Source of the DNA: a virus
Lineage: Duplodnaviria > Caudoviricetes
Length of the DNA stretch: 64,000 nt
Reading direction: 5' to 3' (one strand)
IMG/VR virus record: IMGVR_UViG_3300042090_001530
Location: 96,001-160,000 of that record
Shown: piece after piece, positions 8,865 to 18,043 of the stretch
Position numbering within the stretch: position 1 is the stretch's first letter
Layout of the letters: the number at the start of each line of letters is the position of its first letter
Notes under the pieces: model-generated
The model's database searches: none
Told to the model about the DNA's origin: nothing
The model's input: the letters and a program-made list of their open reading frames with translations, nothing else
Made by a program: the position numbers and the translations under genes

Positions 8865-9326
8865 ATGGCCAACGCCACCGTGCCCGCGTCCGTGAAGGAC
8901 ACCGCCGCCGCGATCCGCGCCGACCTGAAGGCCGCATTCCCGGGCGTGAAGTTCTCCGTCCGCAAGGGCGCAGGCACTGCCGCATCGTGGATCGACATCT
9001 CCTGGACGGACGGCCCGAACGACGACATGGTCCGCAACATCTGCGACCCGTACACCGCCGGGTTCGATTCCCCGGTCGAGGGCGTGTGCCGCGAGCGCAC
9101 CATCTCCTTCCCGGTGCGGGTCGCCGCGCAGGACCGGATCCGCGAGGTGCTGCCCGACTTCCAGGTGTACGACGCCGACGAGCACTGGGCGCCGTCGGAT
9201 GGCAATCGGGTTGAGGTTTTCCACCTGGAGGGGTGGGGGTTCGGTGGCGGAAGCGCGTACAGCGCGCTGATCGAGGTCGCCGACCTGCTGATCCTCAACC
9301 CGCGCCCGATCGGAGCCCGGCCGTGA
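8865..9326 (+). CDS. LPD29-domain protein
   Basis: TAAAIRADLKAAFPGVKFSVR...IDISWTDGP matches the large polyvalent protein-associated domain 29 pattern. Confidence 0.75.
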   Translation: MANATVPASVKDTAAAIRADLKAAFPGVKFSVRKGAGTAASWIDISWTDGPNDDMVRNICDPYTAGFDSPVEGVCRERTISFPVRVAAQDRIREVLPDFQVYDADEHWAPSDGNRVEVFHLEGWGFGGGSAYSALIEVADLLILNPRPIGARP

Positions 9327-9640
9327 CCGGCATCACTCGCACGGTCGTCGAGGCCGCGCTGGACTCGTCCTCGGCCTTCGGCTGGGTGCCGGAGGGTGCG
9401 AAGCGCGACCGCAGGTTCGTGGTCACCAAGGACTCCGTCCCGTTCGGCAGGGCAATCCGCGTCATCGGCGTCGGGGTGACCGCCTACGACTTCGACGGCG
9501 CCCAGGTCGGGCCGATCGTCGGCTCGCTCTACCAGGCTGGCCAAGCCCTTGAGGCCGAGCTTCGCGGCAGGTGGGCCGCAGGGCAGGCCGACGAGATCAC
9601 CACGCAGATCGCGGCGCTCGCCGCAGGGATCGAGGACTGA
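9323..9640 (+). CDS. hypothetical protein
   Basis: GTGA overlap, high GC3. Confidence 0.55.
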   Translation: MTGITRTVVEAALDSSSAFGWVPEGAKRDRRFVVTKDSVPFGRAIRVIGVGVTAYDFDGAQVGPIVGSLYQAGQALEAELRGRWAAGQADEITTQIAALAAGIED

Positions 9641-9641
9641 G

Positions 9642-10040
9642 ATGAACGCCCGAAGCGTGGCCGTCCGCAAGCGCATCGAGATCTTCTGTGAGATGTCCAC
9701 GCTCGCCGGCCTTATGAGCGGGCTCCGTCGCGAGTACGGCAGCAACTCCCCGCAACTTCAGGACGCGGCCCGGGAGATGAACCACCTTCGCGGCGAACTC
9801 TGCCGCGCGCAGGGCGTAGCCGAGCGGGACATCAGCGCGGACGGCTACGACATCTCGCAGCGCTCCTACGAGCGCGTGCGCGACCGCTGGATCGAGGAGC
9901 TCTCCGCGCCGTGGGCCACCGGCTGGTACTTGAACGCGGCCCGCAAGGCTCACGCCCGGTGGGTCGAGTTGCGCCCCGACCTTGCTAAGGACGACTGGTT
10001 CGCCGGTGCCGCGAACCTCGACCTGGATTCGGAGGCCTGA
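9642..10040 (+). CDS. hypothetical protein
   Basis: GAGGA RBS, operon position. Confidence 0.6.
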   Translation: MNARSVAVRKRIEIFCEMSTLAGLMSGLRREYGSNSPQLQDAAREMNHLRGELCRAQGVAERDISADGYDISQRSYERVRDRWIEELSAPWATGWYLNAARKAHARWVELRPDLAKDDWFAGAANLDLDSEA

Positions 10041-10042
10041 CG

Positions 10043-10726
10043 ATGCCCAATCCCGACTACACGATCTCCCCGTACGGCCGGGCTACGCGCCCGGCGCCCG
10101 CCGCCGCCTCGCAGAAGTGGCTGCTGACGGCCGTCGGCGAGTCGATGACCCACACGGGCCCGTTCCACGAGGCCGCGGAACTCGCCGAGCGCTCGTGGAT
10201 CGCCGCGAACGGCACCGATGAGGGCGCACTCGTGTGGTCCCGCGAACCGGACGGCTCGTGGTCGCTGCTGCACCAGCAGGATGACGGGGGCTTGATGCCC
10301 ACCCAGATCAAGGTGCGGGCCTTCGCCGCCAAGGACAGCGCTGCCCCTCCCGCTGACGCGCCGCTCGCGGTGATGCTCGACGAGGTGCACCGCATCGCGG
10401 TCGCGCGGCTCATGCCGGGCCAGATCCTTACCGTGACCGCGCCGCCGTGCACTGCCGACGTGACTGGCAAGCCCGGCTACGGGTGGACGCTGATCAGTTT
10501 TGACGATTTCGGCGTGCGTCCCCGGTTCACTCACGGACGCGAGTTCCTTGCCGCCACCCATGCCGGGACCGGTGACCTGTACCGGGCGATCGAAGACAGC
10601 ACGCTCGCGATCGAGGCCGGGGAGGCGCAGGTCGCCAGGGTCGTGTTCGAGCCGCGCGGCACGAAGCGCAAGCCGATCTGGCACGCGACCGGGCACGAGC
10701 TCATCAACCAGAACGTGGAGGCGTGA
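10043..10726 (+). CDS. hypothetical protein
   Basis: GGAGG RBS. Confidence 0.65.
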   Translation: MPNPDYTISPYGRATRPAPAAASQKWLLTAVGESMTHTGPFHEAAELAERSWIAANGTDEGALVWSREPDGSWSLLHQQDDGGLMPTQIKVRAFAAKDSAAPPADAPLAVMLDEVHRIAVARLMPGQILTVTAPPCTADVTGKPGYGWTLISFDDFGVRPRFTHGREFLAATHAGTGDLYRAIEDSTLAIEAGEAQVARVVFEPRGTKRKPIWHATGHELINQNVEA

Positions 10727-11091
10727 CCGTGGCTAAAGCCGACTACTCCATCTCCCCGCACGGCCGGGCGGTCTGCCCGGTGTGCGGCGGCGAGTACAGC
10801 CTGACGAAGAAGGGTGTGCTGCGGCATCACGACGATAAGCGGTCGCGTACGAACCTGCCGTTCCACCCGCGCTGCGCTGGAGCTGGCAAAGCGCCCGGGC
10901 ATGCGTCCGTGGCCCCCGCTTCGGCTCCAGTCGCTGCAGTTGCCGCGTCGCCGATCGAGGAGCGTCGCCGCCGTTTGACGGCGGACATCTCGGACGCGCG
11001 TACGGCCCTGAACCGTGCGCAGCAGCACTTCGACAAGCTCTGCGACGAACTCGGGGCGCTTGCCCGCGAAGAGCGCCAGGCCAAGCGATGA
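10723..11091 (+). CDS. hypothetical zinc-finger/coiled-coil protein
   Basis: CPVCGGEYSL...LRHH...C; N-terminus duplicated from preceding gene. Confidence 0.65.
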   Translation: MTVAKADYSISPHGRAVCPVCGGEYSLTKKGVLRHHDDKRSRTNLPFHPRCAGAGKAPGHASVAPASAPVAAVAASPIEERRRRLTADISDARTALNRAQQHFDKLCDELGALAREERQAKR

Positions 11092-11465
11092 CCACCTATC
11101 GCTGCACCCTCGACGGCGTCCGCCACCCAATGGCGATCGCGCACCTGCTGCCCGGGGACGTCCTGGTCGCGGAGTGTCCGCAGGGCACGATGACCATGGA
11201 GTCCGACCCGTCCGGCGACTTCGGCTGGGTCACGGTGTACTGCGACGACCCGTGTCCGCGCACTGGTCGCTACTTCAACGCGCTGCGGCTCGCGCAGAAC
11301 ACGCCGCTGCGGATGCGCCGCGTCATCACCCTGGCCACGCGCGCTCTCCGTGACGGGGGCGCTGCGGTCATCGAGTACGGCGAGCTGCAGACCTATCCCG
11401 AGCGGACCGAGCCGGGGCCGATCGCGTTCCGGCTCGTCGAGATCCACGAAACGAAGGAGGCATGA
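11088..11465 (+). CDS. hypothetical protein
   Basis: ATGA-coupled. Confidence 0.6.
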   Translation: MTTYRCTLDGVRHPMAIAHLLPGDVLVAECPQGTMTMESDPSGDFGWVTVYCDDPCPRTGRYFNALRLAQNTPLRMRRVITLATRALRDGGAAVIEYGELQTYPERTEPGPIAFRLVEIHETKEA

Positions 11466-11896
11466 CCGTGGCCGGCTGGAAGATCCGCAAGAACGACTGG
11501 TACATCCTCGACCCGCGCGAAGCCGACGATGGCGGCGAGGGCATCCTGCGCCAGGAGACCTCGATCCGGCGCGCCGAGGCGTGGATGGCCGGGCTGCACG
11601 GGCTGACGCTCACCAGGAAGGAGAAGACCGGGGGACGCGAGTACGCGTACACGTACGGGCCCGGCGGGGACGGCACGACCGACACGTTCCAGGTCGTGCT
11701 CGGCGCCTGGCTCCGGGACCTCATGTACTGGCGCCGCGAACTGCGGGTGCGCGCGAAGTACCCGTACGCGTGGCACGGCGGCGCGTACAAGACGGACCGG
11801 TTCATCAACCGCGAGCCCCTGCTGCGCGACTCCGTTGGCGAGATCGTGCTCCGCGCGCAGCTCGAAGCGCTCGCGCCCGAACAGAGCGAGAACTGA
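11462..11896 (+). CDS. hypothetical protein
   Basis: AAGGAGG RBS. Confidence 0.65.
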   Translation: MTVAGWKIRKNDWYILDPREADDGGEGILRQETSIRRAEAWMAGLHGLTLTRKEKTGGREYAYTYGPGGDGTTDTFQVVLGAWLRDLMYWRRELRVRAKYPYAWHGGAYKTDRFINREPLLRDSVGEIVLRAQLEALAPEQSEN

Positions 11897-11907
11897 GGAG
11901 GTTGACC

Positions 11908-12351
11908 GTGGACGCGCTCGGAACAGATGCGCCGAAGTATGCGGGCACCGACGACGAACTGGACGCGCTCGTAGAGGAAGCCTGGATCAGCGGTTCGCCG
12001 TCTGGCGTGCTCGACCTGAGCCAGGTGTTCGCCTGGCGTGACGCCGCTGTGGCCCGGTTCCTCGCAGAGGCTGGCGCGGTCCACCCGGCCGTGCACACGC
12101 CAGCCCGCGTCATGCAGTGGCTGGAGCAGCACGGCTGGGAACGCTACAACGTCTCCGACATCGCGGTCGCATGGCGGCACCAGTTGAGCAACGGCTCCTT
12201 CATGAACGTCTACATGCCGACGAACCCTGACGCGATCGACTACGCCCGGCGCGTCCACAACGTGCTGCAGGACGGCACCTTGTACGACGGCACGCCGCTG
12301 TCGCAAGTGCTGGCCGAGGTGGCCGTGCTGCCTGACGAGTGGGCGTGGTGA
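11908..12351 (+). CDS. hypothetical protein
   Basis: GAGGAGG RBS. Confidence 0.6.
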   Translation: MDALGTDAPKYAGTDDELDALVEEAWISGSPSGVLDLSQVFAWRDAAVARFLAEAGAVHPAVHTPARVMQWLEQHGWERYNVSDIAVAWRHQLSNGSFMNVYMPTNPDAIDYARRVHNVLQDGTLYDGTPLSQVLAEVAVLPDEWAW

Positions 12352-12353
12352 CG

Positions 12354-12629
12354 ATGCCGAAGCTGACACCCAAACAGGCCAAGGTCCTTAAGGCCGCCAG
12401 CGAGCGGCGCGTGTTCCAGCCGCTCGGCCGCAGCGCGCTGAACGTGTACGCGTGGCGAATCGACGGCGGCGAGGCCGTGACATCGACGGTCGCGAGCTTG
12501 CTACGCCAGCGGCTCGTGCGGTTCCACATCACATCCGCGCCGCTCGGGCAGCGGGCCGTGCTTACCGACGCGGGCCGTGCCCTGCTCGACACCCTCACCA
12601 ACTACCCGAATGGAAACAACCATGTCTGA
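12354..12629 (+). CDS. hypothetical protein (possible wHTH)
   Basis: LTPKQAKVL...VASLLRQRLV...LTDAGRALL. Confidence 0.5.
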   Translation: MPKLTPKQAKVLKAASERRVFQPLGRSALNVYAWRIDGGEAVTSTVASLLRQRLVRFHITSAPLGQRAVLTDAGRALLDTLTNYPNGNNHV

Positions 12630-12876
12630 CTGGCGACACCGCGCGGCTTGCCGCGACGAAGACCCGGAGCTGTTCTTCCCGATCGGGAATACGGGTCCTG
12701 CTTTACTCCAGATCGAGGACGCGAAGGCCGTGTGCCGACGCTGCGACTCGGTTGACGCTTGCCTTACCTGGGCCCTGGAGTCCGGCCAAGACGCAGGGGT
12801 ATGGGGAATGACCTCGGAGGATGAGCGCCGCGCTATCAAGCGCCGTGCTGCTCGGGCACGTTCGAGGATGGCGTAA
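12622..12876 (+). CDS. whiB: WhiB-family Fe-S transcription factor (WhiB1/WblE-like)
   Basis: WRHRAACRDEDPELFFPIG...CRRC...C...GVWGM; four Cys; in-frame TTA at 12703. Confidence 0.95.
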   Translation: MSDWRHRAACRDEDPELFFPIGNTGPALLQIEDAKAVCRRCDSVDACLTWALESGQDAGVWGMTSEDERRAIKRRAARARSRMA

Positions 12877-13193
12877 TGGTGGCCCCGACTCTCTGCCGCC
12901 CGTCCGCGATCAACGTGCGCAAGATCCTGGACTGCCCGACGTGCAGGCGGCGGCGTCGGTTCGCCGGGTTCGATACGCCGCCTTGGTACGGGATCACGCT
13001 GACGTGCTGTGCGTGCGGCGACACGTGGACCGACGGAGAGCGTGCCGAGCGTCCGTTCGCGCGGGGCTGGCGCGTGAAGTCCGCCAAGAAGGCGAAGGCC
13101 ACGTGGGCAGCGGCTGTCCGCTACGGCTCGCCCGAGCACCGGGCGTTCGTGCACGCGCAGATCGCCGCCTCCACTAACCCGAAGGAGAACTGA
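12876..13193 (+). CDS. hypothetical zinc-binding protein
   Basis: CPTC and CCACG motifs. Confidence 0.6.
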   Translation: MVAPTLCRPSAINVRKILDCPTCRRRRRFAGFDTPPWYGITLTCCACGDTWTDGERAERPFARGWRVKSAKKAKATWAAAVRYGSPEHRAFVHAQIAASTNPKEN

Positions 13194-13195
13194 CG

Positions 13196-13393
13196 ATGGA
13201 CCGCGCTGCCCCTGAGGCTGTGCAGAACACGGATGCGGCGCGACTTCTGCGAGCCGCCCGCGAGCAACTCGACCGCATTGCCGTGAACGTCAACACTGAC
13301 TCGCTGGCTACCAATCCGACTGTGGCCCGGATGTCGTTCGTTCTGGAGTTCCTTTACGAAGCAGTTCTCGAACTTGCGCCGAAGGCGGCCTGA
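13196..13393 (+). CDS. hypothetical protein
   Basis: AAGGAG RBS. Confidence 0.55.
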   Translation: MDRAAPEAVQNTDAARLLRAAREQLDRIAVNVNTDSLATNPTVARMSFVLEFLYEAVLELAPKAA

Positions 13394-13394
13394 G

Positions 13395-13670
13395 ATGCCC
13401 GAGGCGATGACCGAGCCGGTCCTGATAGATCCGCTGGTTGCGCGGCTCATGGAAGCGTCGCTGGCGCAGACCCATGCGGTGACCAACAGTGTGATCGACG
13501 ACCTGACGTACCGCGCCAAGCGCGCCGAGACGGAACTGCAGCTCGTTCGCGACACGGTCAGCGCGCTGCTCGACGGCCCGTGGATGCCGATGCCGGACGC
13601 GATCCGTCGCGCCCTGTGGCCGGGCCGCGAGGCCGTGGACGCGATCCTCGGCGAGACGGAAGACGACTGA
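13395..13670 (+). CDS. hypothetical protein
   Basis: operon-coupled ORF. Confidence 0.55.
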   Translation: MPEAMTEPVLIDPLVARLMEASLAQTHAVTNSVIDDLTYRAKRAETELQLVRDTVSALLDGPWMPMPDAIRRALWPGREAVDAILGETEDD

Positions 13671-14104
13671 TGGCCGACACTGCGAAGTGGGTGCGGGTCA
13701 GGCTCGCCGCCCCGAAGAACCCAGGGCCCGGGGGCCGCGCGTTGGCCGAGGGCGAACTCGTCCTACGCGCGGACCGGGTCACGGCCGGGGCCGAGCACGT
13801 CGTGTTCCACGTCGGCGATGAGGAAGTGTTCTGCCTCGACCGCCGCTACTACCGGACCCACGCGTGGTTTGTGGACCGGCCGACGTTCGCCGAGTGGCTG
13901 CGCTCGCGGCGCGCCCAATACCCGAACCAGCATCGGCCGTGGTCCGAGGACGAGGCCTGGCAGTTACGCAAGGAGATCACGGACAACGCCGCTTGGGAGC
14001 AGGTCGCCAAGTGGCATGGCCGGACGGTAGCTGCCGTCCGCCGTAAGGCCGTGGCCGTCGAGAAGTCGCTCGCCGAGCTGCCGTCGAATCGAGAGGAGGT
14101 CTAG
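13670..14104 (+). CDS. protein with C-terminal Myb/SANT-like HTH
   Basis: RPWSEDEAWQL...EQVAKWHGRTVAAVRRK; TTA codon at 13964. Confidence 0.55.
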   Translation: MADTAKWVRVRLAAPKNPGPGGRALAEGELVLRADRVTAGAEHVVFHVGDEEVFCLDRRYYRTHAWFVDRPTFAEWLRSRRAQYPNQHRPWSEDEAWQLRKEITDNAAWEQVAKWHGRTVAAVRRKAVAVEKSLAELPSNREEV

Positions 14105-14106
14105 CC

Positions 14107-14451
14107 ATGCAGAACCCCACTACCATGCCCGAGCGCCCGTTCGACCCGAATGTCGCGGCCCGACTCCAGGCGCGCACCGACAATCGTGACCTCTGGGGTA
14201 TCGAAGCCGACGTGCGCGAACTCCTACGCCAGTTCGCCTACGCGAAGAAGTCGCGCGACGTGCTCGCCGAGGACTGCGCGGCCTGGCGCGGCAAGTACGA
14301 GGAGGAGCACGCCAAACTCGAGGCGGCGCTGGCCGCGTTCGAGCAGTTGACCGCCAAGACGGCCAGACCCAAGCCGGCGCACAAGGTCAAGCGCGAGTAC
14401 CGGTTCCCCGGGGATGCGATGACCGGGCCGCACGACGAGCCGCAACTGTGA
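14107..14451 (+). CDS. hypothetical coiled-coil protein
   Basis: GAGGAGG RBS. Confidence 0.6.
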   Translation: MQNPTTMPERPFDPNVAARLQARTDNRDLWGIEADVRELLRQFAYAKKSRDVLAEDCAAWRGKYEEEHAKLEAALAAFEQLTAKTARPKPAHKVKREYRFPGDAMTGPHDEPQL

Positions 14452-14840
14452 ACGCGCAGCAGCACGGCAGCGGGGCAGCGGTACGACGCGTCCATGACGG
14501 CATCGCATACGCCAGCGCCGACCCGTCCGGCCCGGACTCGCGCACCGCCCTCATCGAGGCGATCCACCATGGCAAGTTCACCGTCGCCGACCTGCACGAA
14601 GTGCTGCGGGAACTCGACGACGCGAAGAGCGCGGCCGAACTCTGGGAGGACACCGCGATGAAGCTGAAGAACCGCATCGTGGGCGACAGTATCCACACCG
14701 AGCGATGGCACGTCATCGCCGCCGAACTGCGTAACCTCACAGCGCGAGTCGAGGGTTACGAAGCCACCGGATCGCTGCGGCACGACGAGGACACGGAACC
14801 TGACTTGTCGAACGAGCCGCTGGGGGAGATCGATGTCTAA
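14448..14840 (+). CDS. hypothetical protein
   Basis: GTGA-coupled. Confidence 0.5.
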   Translation: MNAQQHGSGAAVRRVHDGIAYASADPSGPDSRTALIEAIHHGKFTVADLHEVLRELDDAKSAAELWEDTAMKLKNRIVGDSIHTERWHVIAAELRNLTARVEGYEATGSLRHDEDTEPDLSNEPLGEIDV

Positions 14841-15072
14841 GCGTCCCAGCCTGCGTTCCCGCCGCCGGCGCGCCGCGGTCCTCGGTGTCCTTGCCGAACA
14901 CGGGCCGGCCCGGCTTGCCGCGATCTGTTCGCGGATCGGCTGGCACGGCTCGGTCTGGCCGACGCTCGAACGGTTGCATGCGGACGGTCTTGTGACGCGC
15001 ACGCACGTCGAACAGGACGGGACGCTGCACGTCCGCTGGGGGCTCACCAACCACGACACCGCGAAGGACTAA
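14833..15072 (+). CDS. winged-HTH protein (paralog of 15764-16000)
   Basis: RRRRAAVLGVLAEHGP...VWPTLERLHADGLV. Confidence 0.6.
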   Translation: MSKRPSLRSRRRRAAVLGVLAEHGPARLAAICSRIGWHGSVWPTLERLHADGLVTRTHVEQDGTLHVRWGLTNHDTAKD

Positions 15073-15074
15073 CT

Positions 15075-15350
15075 GTGACCGACTTCTTCACTCCCGACAT
15101 CACCTATATCCGCAACGAGCCGTTCAAGGCGCCCGAACTCCTCGGCCTGTTCAAGTGCGTCGCCGTCACCACGCATCCGGCGAGCGGTGGCCTGCGGGCG
15201 TTCGGTTTCGAGGCCACGGCGTACCCGGGCGACAACTGGTCCTCGGCCTCGTATCGCGTCGAGGAGTGGGAGGACGGGTGGCTGGCTGCGGACCGGGTTG
15301 ACGGGCGATGGATGCCTCGAACCGGAACCTGGGGGGCACCCGATGCCTGA
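15075..15350 (+). CDS. hypothetical protein
   Basis: AAGGA RBS. Confidence 0.6.
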   Translation: MTDFFTPDITYIRNEPFKAPELLGLFKCVAVTTHPASGGLRAFGFEATAYPGDNWSSASYRVEEWEDGWLAADRVDGRWMPRTGTWGAPDA

Positions 15351-15771
15351 CCTGGACCTGAATGCGCTCGCCGCGTCCCTCGCCGAGACAGCGGCCAGCA
15401 TCGAGGCGCACATTGAGCGCCGCGCCGAGGAGATCGCCGAACCGCAGGTCACGGCCGCTCAGATCGTGGCAACGAACCAGATCGAGAAGCAGCGGCGCGA
15501 ACAGCAGTCCGAGAACCAGCGGAAGGACGACCTGGTCCGGGAACTGCGGCGGCAGCTCGATGCGGCCGTTCGCTCCGTTGACCGCCTTCATGTCGAGGTC
15601 AAGGAGACCCGCGCTGCGATCCGCCGGGTCGAGGCGCTGCACGTCTGGACCAACGAGGACGGCAAGAAGTTCGTGTTCGCCGAGGAACTCTGGGCTGCGC
15701 TCGCCGAAGTGAGCAGCTATGGCCCCGCCGCGCTGCTTAAGGTCAGCCCGAAGGCGGCCACTGATGCGTAG
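15343..15771 (+). CDS. hypothetical coiled-coil protein
   Basis: ATGCCTGA overlap. Confidence 0.6.
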   Translation: MPDLDLNALAASLAETAASIEAHIERRAEEIAEPQVTAAQIVATNQIEKQRREQQSENQRKDDLVRELRRQLDAAVRSVDRLHVEVKETRAAIRRVEALHVWTNEDGKKFVFAEELWAALAEVSSYGPAALLKVSPKAATDA

Positions 15772-16000
15772 ACCCAGCCTGTTTGCCCGTCGCCGTCGTG
15801 CTGCGATCCTCAGTGTCCTCGCCGAGCACGGGCAGCTGTCCGCGTACGAGATCACCCTGCGGACTGGGCGGTGGAGCAGCGTGTACGTCGATCTCGGGGC
15901 GCTCGAGGAGGCCGGCCTGGTCGCCTCGGAGGTCCAGGAGGCGCTCAACGGCAGCCGTATCCAGTACTGGCGGCTCGCCGAGCGGCAGGCCGGCCGGTGA
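15764..16000 (+). CDS. winged-HTH protein (PadR-like)
   Basis: RRRRAAILSVLAEHGQLSAYEI...VYVDLGALEEAGLV. Confidence 0.65.
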   Translation: MRRPSLFARRRRAAILSVLAEHGQLSAYEITLRTGRWSSVYVDLGALEEAGLVASEVQEALNGSRIQYWRLAERQAGR

Positions 16001-16131
16001 CCGCCGAAGAGCGGCGGATCCTCGCCGCGCTCACCACCAACCACGCCGCCGCGGTGACGCTGCTCAACCGGCGGATCATCCGGCGCGAGCGGCACACCGT
16101 AACCGACACCACCGACAACGAAGGGAACTGA
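15997..16131 (+). CDS. small hypothetical protein
   Basis: GTGA-coupled. Confidence 0.4.
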   Translation: MTAEERRILAALTTNHAAAVTLLNRRIIRRERHTVTDTTDNEGN

Positions 16132-16133
16132 CC

Positions 16134-16565
16134 ATGGCCGAGCCGATGACCGTCGAACGCCTCGCCGAGATCGAGGCCCGCGCCAACGCGGCCGAGAACG
16201 GCTGGAGCATCGTCGCCGACACCGACGACCCGTACCGCTACGAGATCCACGGCGACGGTCCGACCCGCGTCGCCGTGTTCGGCGGCGACCCCGACGACTC
16301 GATGGCGTCCTACCCGACCGAGGAGAACGCGCGCTTCGCAGCCCACGCCCGCAGCGATGTGCCCGTACTGCTCGCCGAGGTGAAGCGCCTCAACGAGCGG
16401 CTGGCCGAGTACGTCGGCTGGGAGCCGACCGTCAAGGAAGAATACGACCACGCATGCGGCCAGCTTGGCCTCGTCAAGGAGATCGTCAGGCGCTTCGACG
16501 CCGCCCCGAAGCTCGAGGTGAACGCGTTCGTCGCGAGCCTCAAGCACGCGCTGGAGATGCCCTGA
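16134..16565 (+). CDS. phage protein, Ead/Ea22-like
   Basis: ERLAEIEARANAA...NARFAAHARSDVPVLLAEVKRL. Confidence 0.55.
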   Translation: MAEPMTVERLAEIEARANAAENGWSIVADTDDPYRYEIHGDGPTRVAVFGGDPDDSMASYPTEENARFAAHARSDVPVLLAEVKRLNERLAEYVGWEPTVKEEYDHACGQLGLVKEIVRRFDAAPKLEVNAFVASLKHALEMP

Positions 16566-16978
16566 TGGACGTCGAACTCCCGCGCGAGCTGTGGGCCGTG
16601 GACGTCACACTGATGTCCCGACAGTTCTTCGAGCAGGTGGACGGCGCGCCCGTGAACGCGGAACTGCCGTTGCTTGCCGCGTCCTGGGTGCAGACCACTT
16701 CCGGCTGGCAGTTGGGCGGACTGCTCAAGTCGCGGGCTGACCTGTCCCGCGCCGAGAAGGTCAACGTCTGCTACCCGGATCGCAGCGTCGAGACCCTGAC
16801 GCTGTCGGAGCCGCCCGCCAGGCACGCTCGGACGGGTGATCCGCGCGGCGTGTTCACGACGTTCCACATCGCTGGCGAGCCGTCCTGGCCGGGCGCCGCG
16901 GCCCAGCATGAGGCGATGCTCCAGGAGATGCGCGAAGAGGGCTTCGTGTTCGAAGGCGACGACGAGGACGGCAACTGA
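16565..16978 (+). CDS. hypothetical protein
   Basis: TGATG overlap. Confidence 0.6.
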   Translation: MDVELPRELWAVDVTLMSRQFFEQVDGAPVNAELPLLAASWVQTTSGWQLGGLLKSRADLSRAEKVNVCYPDRSVETLTLSEPPARHARTGDPRGVFTTFHIAGEPSWPGAAAQHEAMLQEMREEGFVFEGDDEDGN

Positions 16979-17262
16979 TGGCCGGGAAGAAGACCGCGCT
17001 CGAGCGCCTGGACCAACTCGTCGCCGAACACCCCCACTCGCCAGCCGGTACGCGCGTGTCGGTGACGGTCGGCGAACTGCGGGACCTCGATGCGCGGATC
17101 GACTGGCTGTCCGACATGGTCGTGTCCGCAGCGGCGCTGCACACGGGCAGGCTCTCCAGCCAGGAGAGCGAGTACGTCGAGGAGGAACTGCTGTTGGTCG
17201 CGGCCGACCTGGAGAAGTCTGGGCCGCGGCATATCCCGGTTTCCGAAGGTGGTCGCCGATGA
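16978..17262 (+). CDS. hypothetical protein
   Basis: TGATG overlap. Confidence 0.55.
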   Translation: MAGKKTALERLDQLVAEHPHSPAGTRVSVTVGELRDLDARIDWLSDMVVSAAALHTGRLSSQESEYVEEELLLVAADLEKSGPRHIPVSEGGRR

Positions 17263-17483
17263 GCGTCGATCCGAAGCGCGTCGCCGAGACGCTGCTGGCC
17301 AGCCATTTGATCGACACGCAGGGCGAGATCCACCCGAACGTGATCCGCGCGTACGTCGAGGCCCGCGCCTACGAGGGCATGGTCGCGCCGGGCGAGGTCG
17401 ACGGGCTCTGCGACGCGATCGACGAGTTGATGACCGACGCGGCCCAGGAAGGCCGCATCACCGTCACGATCGAGGAGGACTGA
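17259..17483 (+). CDS. hypothetical protein
   Basis: ATGA overlap. Confidence 0.55.
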   Translation: MSVDPKRVAETLLASHLIDTQGEIHPNVIRAYVEARAYEGMVAPGEVDGLCDAIDELMTDAAQEGRITVTIEED

Positions 17484-17932
17484 TGGCCGACCCGGACGCA
17501 CTGGCTGCCGATCTCGCTGCCGACCTCATGACAGTTGCAGACCCCACCGCCGAGGCGCGGATGCGCCGGCTGGTCGCCGATGCGGCCGCCGAACTGCGGG
17601 CCGCAGGGCATGTCCCGGTCGAGGTCAATCAGTACGGCAGCTACACGAGCCCCGGCTACAAGTGCGAGGCCTCGGGCGACATGGACACAGTCCGGATCGA
17701 GTACAAGCTGCCCGAAGACGACCTGACCGACCCCGACCGGATGAGCCGCAACGAGAAGTACGAAGCCCGGCTCGCCGCGCGCGACGCCTACGCGGCGACA
17801 CTCAGGGCGTCTGGCTGGGTCGTCGAGGAGCGCACCGTGCACGGCAACCGGCCGATCCTGCTCACCGTTTCCGAGGCCGAGGAGACGGGCGGAAACCCGG
17901 AAATTGCGCCCCCGACGTGCGAAAATAGGTAG
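17483..17932 (+). CDS. hypothetical protein
   Basis: GAGGAGG RBS, TGATG overlap. Confidence 0.6.
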   Translation: MADPDALAADLAADLMTVADPTAEARMRRLVADAAAELRAAGHVPVEVNQYGSYTSPGYKCEASGDMDTVRIEYKLPEDDLTDPDRMSRNEKYEARLAARDAYAATLRASGWVVEERTVHGNRPILLTVSEAEETGGNPEIAPPTCENR

Positions 17933-18043
17933 CAGGGTAATGACTTCCCGAAACGCTGCGGCGCGCCCGCTCATCACCTGGGCGCGCAGCCTCGGCTGTG
18001 AGGTGACGTACTCCCGCGGCCACCAACTGACTCACCAACCACC

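Noticed and set aside
9058-9075. T-arm-like CCGGG-TTCGATT-CCCCGG
   Set aside because: Lies inside the LPD29 coding frame with no acceptor stem or D-arm around it
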